34,851 nt of DNA from assembly GCF_006345805.1 (NCBI RefSeq), contig NW_021829934.1, positions 1 through 34,851 of the forward strand, given 5' to 3'. Positions 11,408 through 21,567 of this stretch are shown here, in pieces. Source of the stretch: Octopus sinensis. Taxonomy: Eukaryota. The number at the start of each line of letters is the position of its first letter. Positions within the stretch are counted from its first letter, which is position 1. A model generated the notes under the pieces. The model did no database searches. It worked only from the letters and a program-made list of their open reading frames with translations, and was not told the DNA's origin. The position numbers and the translations under genes were made by a program.

Positions 11408-11933
11408 GCCCTGATGCAGTACCAGGCAGTGGCTCTCATGGCTTCTGATCTTAATTGATTGGAAGCGTTATCATGTATATTGTTTTGTCTTGGTATAAAA
11501 GATGGGCTACAGCAAATATTCTGCTCAATACCCCAGATTTGCTTGTCAGTTGTTTGACCGTAACCAGTTGAGCATGTCCCTTAGTGGCTGACAATATGTG
11601 CATCTCTGATCACGAGCGGAAGTAGTGGGGGAGCATCATAGCCATGTGTTGAGAGGGATTCTTTGGGGTTTGAATAGTTCACCTCTGGAAACATGGGTGG
11701 TTCTTTCAACATCCTTAAACAACCTTATTCAGGGACCTTTTGAGCGGGATGGGCTACTCAACCTGAAGAAATTTCTAACTGTGCCCCACCTGCAAGGACA
11801 TGTGCTGTTTATCTTGATATGAGATCACCATGTCACACACAAATGGTTGTGATGCATGTGCCTGGTGTACCCTTATCAGACGGGTAGTCATGATGGGTTT
11901 AATGGGCTTCGTATATTTTACCCCAGTGTCACT
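11405..11933. mobile_element. ~530-bp probable interspersed repeat of unknown class, bounded by (AAT)n on both sides
   Basis: Complex sequence between (AAT)n tracts at ~11320-11404 and ~11935-11972; on the minus strand it ends in an (ATT)n tail like a retroposon 3' end; single copy in window. Confidence 0.4.
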
Positions 11934-12021
11934 CAATAATAATAATAATAACAATAATAATAATAATAATAACAATGGCAGCAACAACAATAAGAATAAC
12001 AATGTTTACACAATAAATATT

Positions 12022-12238
12022 GGTTTCAAATTTTGCCACAAGGACAGCTATTTTGCGGGAGGGGACGAGTCGATTACATCGATCCCAAGTATTTTACTGG
12101 TACTTATTTTATCGACCCAGAGAAAATCAAAGGCAGAGTCGACCGTAGCGGAATTTGAACTCAGAACGACAAGATTGAAGAAAATGCCAATAAACATTTT
12201 ACCCGGCGTGCTACGGCCCTGTCAGGATTTTCGCCGCT
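12022..12238 (-). mobile_element. SINE family D copy
   Basis: Aligns over the full length to 16180-16409. Confidence 0.8.
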
Positions 12239-12255
12239 CTGAAAATAAAATCTGT

Positions 12256-12294
12256 GGTTCCAACGAGTTTCGAACTGGCGACCTTCTGCGTGTT
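12256..12294 (-). pseudogene. 3'-half-only tRNA-Val fragment (anticodon AAC side to acceptor)
   Basis: AACACGCAGAAGGTCGCCAGTTCGAAACTCGTTGGAACC; 5' half absent; here N73=A. Confidence 0.8.
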
Positions 12295-12609
12295 GATGGA
12301 GTCACTTAATACAATGAATATTTACGGAAGATATAAGCAGCTAATATGAAACTAAAGACCTGCCGAGTTTTGAATGAATGATGTTCTTTGCGAGATTTCG
12401 TGTGAGGAGAGTTTGCAAGGACCTTGATCAATTTCTGGACAAAGGGTCAGTGGGGGTGGGTGGATGTGGTGACCAGTGAAGACCCTAGAAATGCAAAGAC
12501 AACGCTGACGTGATTTCAATTTTGAGTACGGACGACTACAAGAAGTATTGCTGTATATTGTATCTAATGCTGGAAGTACTTCGCCAAAAGATAAAAGAAC
12601 AACGCATCA

Positions 12610-12681
12610 GGTTCCAGCGAGTTTCGAACTCACGACCTTCTGCGTGTAAAGCAGATGTGATAACCACTACACCATGGAACC
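12610..12681 (-). tRNA. tRNA-Val-TAC: tRNA-Val(TAC), intact
   Basis: Exact cluster consensus with loop TTTACAC; T4 run 13 nt downstream; N73=T. Confidence 0.92.
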
Positions 12682-12766
12682 AACTGTCGCTAGGCGTTCA
12701 ACTATCTTTAAAAATATTTTTCTATACAGTTTCTCCTTCATTTAGTTTCGAGAGAACGGAAGTGAA

Positions 12767-12769
<3 letters not shown>

Positions 12770-12826
<57 letters not shown>
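12770..12826. repeat. (GA)n expansion inside the tRNA 5'-flank module
   Basis: Paralogous flanks have only GAGAGACGGAA (e.g. ~11210). Confidence 0.9.
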
Positions 12827-12827
<1 letters not shown>

Positions 12828-13056
12828 GGAATAATGACTTGCATGTGTTGAGTTACGTCCCCTTATGTTATGAGGAATTGTTGTTTGGACCGATGGCTCA
12901 TCTCACGACCACTTGATACCCTCCTCGCTTGATTGTCAGTCTGTTATATTGATGTCTTTCAATATTTTTCTCTCCATAAACACATTTAATGGTCTATTTC
13001 TGGGACTTAAGCCAAAGATTCGGACTGACCGTATTTTGAAATATGATTTAAAAAGA

Positions 13057-13186
13057 AAAATTCGAAAAATTAACAAAAGAATTTTCAAAAAAAAAAATTC
13101 GAAAAATTAACAAAAGAATTTTCAAAAAAAAAAATTCGAAAAACTAACAAAAGAATTTTCAAAAAAAAAAAAAATTCGAAAAATAA
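13057..13186. repeat. ~38-bp A-rich tandem repeat, ~3.4 copies
   Basis: AAATTCGAAAAATTAACAAAAGAATTTTCAAAAAAA repeated. Confidence 0.85.
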
Positions 13187-13661
13187 GGAAGTATTTTAAT
13201 TTTCATAGTCGTGTGATTTTCCGTGCGTTGAAAATCCCCCCCCCCCCCAAAAAAAATTATAAGTTATGCTGTGGAAAAATGTTCTGAAAATTCCAAAGCA
13301 GAATTTCGCCTCTCAATCATCTCGAACAAGTTGCGTGGTGCCGAAGTCACGCTGAGGCGACGCCCCAGAATGACAATTCCGCTGGCGACGGAATATGTGT
13401 TTAGTTACGTCCCTTTAAGCTTTGAGATTTTGTTGTTGTTGTGTGGACCGATAGCAATCCGTTTAAACAATGATCAAAAGCGTTCTAACCGTGACCATAC
13501 CCACTGTCTCCAAGTTTTCTTTTCGAAGAAAATATTTTACGTGTCTTTCCGGTTTCTTTTGACAATAATGACAACATCAACAACAAAATAAATAAAACAA
13601 CGATGCAAAAACAAAAGAAAAATATAAAAAAAACATTAGAAATAAAAGAAATATAGACAAC

Positions 13662-13733
13662 GACTTCACCGAGTTTCGAACACGAAACCTTTTGTGGTTA
13701 AACTGAACGTGATAACGATTACTCCATGGAATC
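13662..13733 (-). pseudogene. Decayed tRNA-Val-derived copy (paralog of 17072-17143)
   Basis: GATTCCATGGAGTAATCGTTATCACG...GTTCGAAACTCGGTGAAGTC; anticodon stem unpaired. Confidence 0.75.
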
Positions 13734-13739
13734 AGATAC

Positions 13740-13975
13740 TCTGCCAGGTTCTTTCCCATGTACTCCTTGATATAATCGCTGCGTCTTCACACCCATTCAT
13801 CATTAATGGCCAAACCAGACTCATTACCAGTTCCACCCTGATGTGGTTTTGCTTAGGGCACAGCCTCTCCATATTGTACCGAGCAACCTCAGGGTTGATT
13901 TTCCTGCACCAATTCATGTTCTGATTTCCAGACCGCAGAATAAATGTTTCAATGTTTACAGTAAAATTAATGAGC
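13740..13975 (-). mobile_element. Decayed RTE-like LINE fragment (paralog ~17150-17400)
   Basis: Translation ...SLVWPLMMNGCE resembles the post-RT LVxPxxxYGCExW motif; weak, short match. Confidence 0.45.
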
Positions 13976-13983
13976 GAATAGTA

Positions 13984-14462
13984 AAGTGTTTGGTCGTAGA
14001 CTTACGATCGAGGTAATGATACAAAAGTGTTTGGTCGTAGATTTATGATGGAACAATGATACAAGTGTTTGGTCGTAGATTTATGATGGAACAATGATAC
14101 AAGAGTTTGGTCGTAGATTTATGATAGAACAATGATACGAGTGTTTGATCGTAGATTTATGATGGAACAATGATACAAAAGTGCTTGGTCGTAGATTTAT
14201 GATGGACCAATGATACAAAAGTGTTTGGTCGTAGATTTATGATGGAACAATGATACAAGTGTTTGGTGGTAGATTTATGATGGAACAATGATACAAGTGT
14301 TTGGTCGTAGATTTATGATGTAACAATGATACAAAAGTGTTTGGTCGTAGATTTATGATAGAACAATGATACAAAAGTGTTTGGTCGTAGATTTATGATG
14401 GAACAATGATACAAGTGCTTGGTCATAGATTTATGATGGAACAATGATACAAGTGTTTGGTC
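13984..14462. repeat. 38/40-bp minisatellite, ~12.3 copies (AAGTGTTTGGTCGTAGATTTATGATGGAACAATGATAC[AA])
   Basis: Directly visible head-to-tail units, no spacers. Confidence 0.95.
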
Positions 14463-14474
14463 CTGATTGGGGGC

Positions 14475-14557
14475 AGAAGAAGAAGAAGAAGAAGAAGAAG
14501 AAGAAGAAGAAGAAGAAGAAGAAGAAGAAGAGAAGAAGAAGAAGAAGAAGAAGAAGA
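14475..14557. repeat. (GAA)n microsatellite
   Basis: Directly visible. Confidence 0.95.
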
Positions 14558-14978
14558 CAGCAGCAATAAAGATAATAATAATAACAACAACAATATTACC
14601 AGATATTGTTGTTGGGAGAAATAAGAAACTAATCTGAAACAGGTTTTATCGTGTCTCGAACTCGTGACCGTTGGCTGTCAACAAAACTATTTCGTCGGTT
14701 CAGAAAGGAAGATAAGAAGACAAAGAGCTCCAAAACGTGAGAATAACCTGGGTGGGATTTGAACTCAGAACGTAGACATTTGGAACACATACTGCAGCAT
14801 ATATTCTTTCCATCGCATTTTCTTTATTAACCATAAAGGTCAAAAAACGGAGTGGACAATGCAAGGAATCGGGAGACGAATGGAACATATAATCGATGAA
14901 AATATTCTTTCTATCGCGTGAACGATTCCGCCAATTGGCTGTATTACTATAATAGATAAGTAAAAATAGATACAGACA

Positions 14979-15050
14979 TGTTCCAGCGAGTTTCCGACTC
15001 GGTAGCTTCTGCAGGTTTAACTGCTCTCAAGAACCACTACGAATGTTGCT
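14979..15050 (-). pseudogene. Decayed, 5'-truncated tRNA-Val-derived copy
   Basis: Plus strand GTTCCAGCGAGTTTCCGACTC...TTCTGCAGG...AACCACTAC; cut at 15051 by the duplicated block. Weaker 3' relics at ~14642-14685, ~21332-21360, ~31718-31741 and ~32408-32430. Confidence 0.7.
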
Positions 15051-15200
15051 GTAATTTAGCCCCAGGAGACATCGTAAAGATAACCTCGATGGGATTTGAA
15101 CTTAAAGGACAGTTAACCAGAAGAAATAATACAGTATATTGTATCCAAAGCTGGAACGACTTCGCCAATTGCCCACCTAAAAAAAAAAGGTACCGACTCA

Positions 15201-15272
15201 GGTTCCAGCGAGTTTCGAACTCACGACCTTCTGCGTGTGAAGCAGATGTGATAACCACTACACCATGGAACC
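15201..15272 (-). tRNA. tRNA-Val-CAC: tRNA-Val(CAC), intact
   Basis: Exact consensus with loop TTCACAC; T10 terminator 12 nt downstream; N73=T. Confidence 0.9.
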
Positions 15273-15499
15273 ACTTGCAGAGAATTGCATATTGTTAACA
15301 TATATCTCTCTATAAAAGAAAAAAAGAAAGCTAAGTAGTTAAATACGTCAAAAATGCAAAGATAACCTCGGCAGGATTTGAACTCAGAGCACAGACAACC
15401 AGAACGAATATATATACTGTATATTCTATGCAATGCTCGAACGAGTTTGTCAACTGCTAGTCTTGAAGACGAAGAAAAAAAAAATTAAGAGAAAATTGA

Positions 15500-15571
15500 G
15501 GTTCCAGCGAGTTTCGAACTCACGACCTTCTGCGTGTTAAGCAGATGTGATAACCACTACACCATGGAACC
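15500..15571 (-). tRNA. tRNA-Val-AAC: tRNA-Val(AAC), intact
   Basis: Exact consensus with loop TTAACAC; T4 and T10 runs downstream; N73=T. Confidence 0.92.
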
Positions 15572-15764
15572 AGTTGATTTAGACGCACTTATTTATATTT
15601 TTATACAGTTTATTATTGATTTAGTTTTGCGAGAAGGTAAGTTAGAAATGAGGGACAGGGTCCGATTGACGGAATAATTCTTCCTGATTTTAGCAAGGGG
15701 GCAGCAATCTTAAGAGGGATCGAGCTGGTTGATTACATGGCGGGTACTTATTCTTTTCTATTCT

Positions 15765-15966
15765 AGGCACACGGCCCGAAATTTTTGGGAGGGAGCCAGT
15801 CAATTAGATCGATCCCAGTACGCAACTGGTGCTTAATTTATCGACCTCGAAAGGATGAAAGGCAAAGTCAACCTCGGTGGAATTTGAACTCAGAACATGA
15901 AGACAGACGAAATAACGCTAAGCATTTCGTCCGGCGTGTTAATGTTTCTGCCAGTTCGCCGCCTTA
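15765..15966 (-). mobile_element. SINE family D copy
   Basis: Full head GGCGGCGAACTGGCAGAAAC through central GACTTTGCCTTTCATCCTTTCG domain. Confidence 0.88.
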
Positions 15967-16092
15967 TTCTATCGATCGGTACATGGTGAAACGCAAAGTC
16001 GACCTCTCCGTCATTCGAACTCACAACGTAAAGGGCCTGGCAGAAATATCACTCCAACGCTCCGATAACTCTGTATACTTGGCTCCCTTTCT

Positions 16093-16560
16093 TTAACCCT
16101 TATGCATTTAAACCGGCCTTATAAGGCCTTCTGTCTGTTTTATTTTCCAACTGGCCAGATGCCGCCTTTCACACATACCTATTTCTTTACTACCCACAAG
16201 GGGCTAAACACAGAGGGGACAAAGACAGACAAACGGTTTAAGTCGATTACATGGACCCCAGTGCGTAACTGGTACTTAATTTATCGACCCCGAAAGGATG
16301 AAAGGTAAAGTCGACCTCGGCGGAATTTGAACTCAGAACGTAACGGCAGACGAAATACGGCTACGCATTTCGCCCAGCGTGCTAACGAATCTGCCAGCTC
16401 ACGCCGCCTTTCACACATACCCTACAATGTCATTCTAAAAAAAAATAAACAATCACATAATCAAAATCACGAGGCAATGATATAATAAATGATTGATTCG
16501 AAGCAACGGGAATGAATAAGCATTAGATTTGAGGGAGTAATATGAATGCTGAAGGGTCAA
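16093..16560 (+). mobile_element. piggyBac-like MITE (TTAA-CCCTT...AAGGG-TCAA) interrupted by a SINE
   Basis: Termini TTAACCCTTATGCATT / AATGCTGAAGGGTCAA; other copies at 26192-26406 and a fragment at 19724-19830. Confidence 0.7.
16180..16409 (-). mobile_element. SINE family D, full length, inserted in the MITE
   Basis: Flanked by direct repeat TTTCACACATACC; central domain GGTCGACTTTACCTTTCATCCTTTCGGGGTCGATAAATTAAGTACCAG. Confidence 0.9.
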
Positions 16561-17071
16561 GCGGGTTTGGTTGAAGACGAGAAGAAACTCAACAGAGCGT
16601 AGTGTGGTAGCTGCTCTACTGAGCGCGTCATTTGGAGCGGCAAGTTGAATCGTCGTACGCAAGCAATCATTTTCGTCTCGATCTCTTCGAACAAGTTGGG
16701 GTCGGGGTGTCGGTGCCGCGGTGACGCAGAGGTGACGTCGAGGAAAGGCTCCAGAATGGCAATTCCGCTGGTGGTGGTGGTGGTGGCGGAATAAGGACAT
16801 ATATGTGTTTAGTTACGTCTCTTTAAGTTCTGCGATGTTTTTCTTGTTATTGTGTGGGCTGATGGCTATCTGGTTTGAGCAATGATCAAAGCCGTTCTAA
16901 TCGTGGCCATCCCACCGTCTCCTGGTTTTCTTTCGAAAGACAAATGCATTTAACGTGTCCTTCCGGTTTCTTTTAACAACAATGACAGCATCAATAGCGA
17001 AATAAATAAAATAACAATGCAAAAACAAAAATATAAAAAAAGGCATTAAAAATAAAATAAATATAAACTAC

Positions 17072-17143
17072 GACTACATTGAGTTTCGAACACGAAACCA
17101 TTTGAGTTTAAAATGAAGATGATAACCACTACACCATAGAATC
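17072..17143 (-). pseudogene. Decayed tRNA-Val-derived copy (paralog of 13662-13733)
   Basis: GATTCTATGGTGTAGTGGTTATCATC...GTTCGAAACTCAATGTAGTC; A box intact, stems broken. Confidence 0.75.
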
Positions 17144-17638
17144 AGACCCTTCGCCAGGTTCCTTCCCATGTACTCCTTGATATAATCGTTGCGTCTTCAC
17201 ACCCATTCGACATTAATTGCCAAACCAGGTTCCTTATCAATTCCACCCTGATGTGGTTTTTCTGAGGGCACAGTCTCTCCATATTGTACTGGTTGACCTC
17301 AGATTTAATTTAATCTTTCGGTACCGATCCTCGCTCTGATTTCCAGACTGCAGAATAAATAATTCAATGTTTACAGTAAAATTTGGCGAGTGAGTAGAAA
17401 AAGTGTTTTGAAGATGAAAAAAGGGTTTGGTCTTAGATTTACGATCGAGACAATAATACATCATTTCTTGTTTTAAATGGTCATCAAATTGTGTATCTTA
17501 ATTACAAGAGTCTGAAACTCAACAGCACAAGTTCTCAGCTTAGACGGATGAAATCACTTTTCTGAAGTACAACAACAACAACAACAACAACAGCTACAAC
17601 AATAACACCAACGAAAACAATATTAGCACCATATTAGC

Positions 17639-18060
17639 GCAGGAGAGGCTGTGTGGTAAGTAGCTTGCTTACCAACCACACGGTTCCGGGTTCAGTCCCA
17701 CTGCGTGGCATCTTGGGCAAGTGTCTTCTGCTATAGCTCCGGGCCGACCAATGCCTTGTGAGTGGATTTGGTAGACGGAAACTGAAAGAAGCCTGTCGTA
17801 TATATGTATATATATATATATATGTGTGTGTGTGTATGTGTTTGTGTGTCTATGTTTGTCCCCCTAACATTGCTTGACAACCGATGCTGGTGTGTTTAGG
17901 TCCCCGTCACTTAGCGGTTCGGCAAAAGAGACCGATAGAATAAGTACTGGGCTTACAAAGAATAAGTCCCGGGGTCGATTTGCTCGACTAAAGGTGGTGC
18001 TCCAGCATGGCTACAGTCAAATGATTGAAACAAGTAAAAGAGTAAAAGAGTAAAGAGAGT
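17639..18060 (+). mobile_element. SINE family A copy
   Basis: Full-length match to 7083-7483. Confidence 0.9.
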
Positions 18061-18231
18061 AAATAAGAAAGAGAGAAATAAGAAAGAAAATATGAAATTA
18101 AGGTTCTGTCGAATTTTGAATCTATGTTGTTCTTTGTAAGATTTTGTACGAGTTTGCTAGGACCTAGCTCAATCGTTATCTATCTCTGAACAAAGAGAAA
18201 GAGCGAGTGGTGTGAGGGTGAGTGTGGTGGC

Positions 18232-18600
18232 CATCATCTCCATCCAGTCGCACTGTTTGTACGGATTCCCGTGACTCTGTCGCCATCCAATTGTATTGCT
18301 CATCACATCCGGAAGGTCAGAGGGCTTGCAGTTTATATCATCACAAATCTGCTGGACATAGGTCTTGGCTTATCGTCCTCTGCTAGCTCTTCATTGCGTA
18401 GGTTCCCATAAAAAACATCACAAACAATTTCGTCTTTACCCTTCCAACGATGACCTACCAATCTGACTCCATGCTCTTTGAAGACGTCTGTTACTAGACG
18501 AAAGTTCCTATGCAATCGCTCTTTGGTCAGACGACCCCTCCAGATCACATTCAAAGCCATTTTAAGTATGTGAGTGTAGTCGCTTTCGAAGAGGATGATC
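18232..18600 (-). mobile_element. RTE/RTE-X-like LINE 3' segment (post-RT C-terminus and 3' end)
   Basis: ESDYTHILKMALNVIWRGRLTKERLHRNFRLVTDVFKEHGVRLVGHRWKGKDEIVCDVF matches the YTRMLR..LNVSW...RLRFAGH pattern; ends in a short GATGATG tail. Confidence 0.75.
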
Positions 18601-18601
18601 A

Positions 18602-19153
18602 ATTATCAGTCAAATCTTTACCATTCGTAAAATTCTTGAAGGTGTGAAAAGCTAAAAATCTAAATTCTATTCTGTTTTTCTGCTGTTGGATTTCTCCAGA
18701 GCTTTCGATTCGATTCAAAGCAAAATCGAAGAAATGCTGCTAGCTTATGGTTTACCAGATGAAACAGTAAATGTCATTATGAGGCTTTATAAAAGTACAT
18801 ATCCAACAGTACGATCTCCAGATAGCAATACAGATTTCTTTGAAATTGTCGCCAGAGTACTACAAGGTGACACTTTAGCACATCGTATCTTTTGCTTGGA
18901 TTACGTTCTCAGAATATCTGTCGATAATGGATTCACACTACATCCACGAAGGAGTAAAAGATATCCTGCTACGAAAATCACTGATGCAGATTATGCTGAT
19001 AGCTTAGTGCTTCTCTGTAATCTAATAATCCAAACCAAACCCACTCTCCATAGCCCTGAATATTTAACCAGAAGTATCGATCTCCATATTAACTCAGACA
19101 AAACAGAATGCGTAAGTTTAAATCAAAACGGAACAATCAAAGCAGTGGAGTAA
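18602..19153 (+). mobile_element. RTE/RTE-X-like LINE reverse transcriptase segment, inverted relative to the 3' segment
   Basis: SQIFTIRKILEGVK*...LDFSRAFDSI...VLQGDTLA...LDYVLR...DADYADSLVLL...INSDKTE: RT motifs including YADD-like YADS. Confidence 0.9.
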
Positions 19154-19358
19154 AGATTGTTTGCCAGCATAACATGGCAGTCCTGGTTTAGGACGAATGT
19201 TGCAGTAATTTAGCCCCAGGAGACATCGTAAAGATAACCTCGATGGGATTTGAACTTAAAGGACAGTTAACCAGAAGAAATAATACAGTATATTGTATCC
19301 AAAGCTGGAACGAGTTCGCCAATTGCCCACCTAAAAAAAAGAAAAGGGTAACGATTCA

Positions 19359-19430
19359 GGTTCCAGCGAGTTTCGAACTCACGACCTTCTGCGTGTAAAG
19401 CAGATGTGATAACCACTACACCATGGAACC
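19359..19430 (-). tRNA. tRNA-Val-TAC: tRNA-Val(TAC), intact
   Basis: Exact consensus; T4/T8 runs downstream; N73=T. Confidence 0.92.
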
Positions 19431-19836
19431 ACTTACAGAAAATTGCATATTGTTAAGATATATCTCTCTATACAGCTGACGCTAGATTTGACTTCGCGAA
19501 AACGGAAATGACAAATGAGAAAGAGACGGAAGAGATGATCTACACGTGTTGATTTGGGCCCTTGTGGCTAATAAAAAAATCAGAGTTACGCCCCTTTAAG
19601 TTTTGACATTTTTTTGTTGTCTAGACCCATGTCAATCCCGCTGGAACATATTCAACGATCTAAGGCGTTCTAGCCGTGACTAAATGACCGTCCCCTAGTT
19701 TTCTTTCCAAACGTAATGCATCTTTAACCCTTTAGCATTCTGATTATTCTGTCAAATATAATGTTTATTTATTCCCATTGTTCTGAATTAATTATGCCTT
19801 ATCTTGCAGCAATGTGGTTTCGGTGATGTGATTGTA

Positions 19837-20687
19837 TTGGGTTGGCAACTAAGTTCCCGCTGTTTTTAAAAAATTTTGGAATCTATTTATTCGGGAATTC
19901 TATTTTTGAATCATTTTGGAATCTATTTTCTTTTTTCTCTAGTTAATTTTAGTTAATTTTTGTTTTTTTTTCATATCATTAAAATGGAATGTCAAGTTAA
20001 GAAAAACGAGCATTTTCGATACCTCCTTCTTTTTGTTTTTAATCAAGGTTCTAAGGCCACAAAAACTGCTCGCGACATTTGTGCTGTGTATGGAGAGGGT
20101 CCCATAGCTTAAAAACCGCTCGTGATTGGTATGCTAAGTTCAAAAATGGAAATTTTGACCTCAAAGTCACACCTCGTTCTGGTCCTCCCGTTGAGTTCGA
20201 TGCAGAGCGATGAAACCAACTTTTGCACGAAAATTCTCGTCAAACGATAAAGGAACTAGCAGAGAAAATGGAATGCTCCCACACTGTTATAGAGAAGCAT
20301 CTTCACTCGATGGGAGCAGTTTAGCAGTATGGAGCATGGGTTCTGCATGCTTTAAGTGACAACAACAAAAATCAACGAGCCACAATGTCCGCTGGCTTTG
20401 TTGCTCGTCACCGCTCAACTCATAGACACAAGCAGCGATTTCTTTACCGAATCGTTACTGGCGACGAAAAATGGCACCTGTACATCAATATGAAGCAGCG
20501 TAAGGAATGGCTTAGGCCCGGTAAACAAGCGACACCGCGCGTGAAACAAGATCTTCATTCGCGTAAAACGATGTTGAGCGTATGGTGGGACTAGAAAGGA
20601 GTTATCCATTACGAATTACTTGAACAGAACGAAACGGTCAACGCGGAACTTTATGTTCAACAGATGGAATGACTCAACACGGCTATT
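19837..20687 (+). mobile_element. Mariner transposon, 3'-truncated pseudogene
   Basis: TA|TTGGGTTGGCAACTAAGT terminus; ATG at 19984; MECQVKKNEHFR...PRSG.P...WVLHAL (WVPHEL motif)...RIVTGDEKW...KTMLSVWWD*KGVIHYELL, with stops and frameshifts. Confidence 0.92.
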
Positions 20688-21000
20688 ACTACAGTTATTG
20701 GTGTTGATTTTGCTGATGTGGATGTGGTTGTTGCCACTACCACCGCTGGTTGTAATGGCAGTGGTTCTGCTGTTGTTGTAGCTGTCCCTACTTCTGCGAT
20801 TTCATCATTTGTATCGTGGTTTTAGAGAAGACACGATCCTCATTCGAGATATGGAATGAATTATTAAAAGCAAAACGAAACTGATTAATGTTGATTGCGG
20901 CTGGCAGAGCTTTCAAGAGATAAATGGTATTATCGACCTCGACCGGATTTAAAGTAAGGAAACAGAAAGCCGCGAGAGTAGCATTAGAATTTGCATATCA

Positions 21001-21295
21001 ACTACAACAGCAGCAACAACAACAACAACAACAACAACATGAAGAGGAACCATAGCAACAATTTAAATGGCTTCGACAAAGTCTGCGACATTTGCACAAG
21101 AAGAAGAAGAAGAAGAAGAAGAAAAAGAAGAAAAAGAAAAGAAGAAGAAGAAAAAAAGAATGAAAAGAATAGAAAGAAGAAAAAGAAGAAAAGGAAAAAG
21201 AAGAAAAAGAAGAAGAAAAAAGAAAAATAGGAAAAAGAAGAAGAAGAAGAAGAAGAAGAAGAAGAGTAAAAAGAAGAAATATAACAACAGCAACA
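21001..21295. repeat. (CAA)n and (GAA/AAAAG)n tracts
   Basis: Directly visible. Confidence 0.9.
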
Positions 21296-21567
21296 ACAAA
21301 AATAAACTGTAAAAGCCTCATGGTAATAATAGACTTCAGTGAGTTTCGAACTTGCGATTTTCTTCACTCCTTCAAATTCTCTTTTATTCTTTTCAGTCAT
21401 TGAAGTGTGGCCTTATTAGGCATCAAATCCTAAGATCAATACTCGATCATATTGACCACTTATTTCGAACAGGTATTTGTTTCTATCGACGGTGATGGAA
21501 GTGGCGGCGTGCATGCTGTGCTAGGGCGTCTACCCGCTTCTCAATGTTCCGGTTTTTGTATATTCAA

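Noticed and set aside
13984-14462. 38/40-bp repeats as a CRISPR array
   Set aside because: Units are contiguous with no unique spacers, the context is eukaryotic and there are no cas genes
13662-17143. TAA-anticodon copies as functional Leu-decoding alloacceptor tRNAs
   Set aside because: Anticodon, acceptor and T stems are largely unpaired; these are pseudogenes
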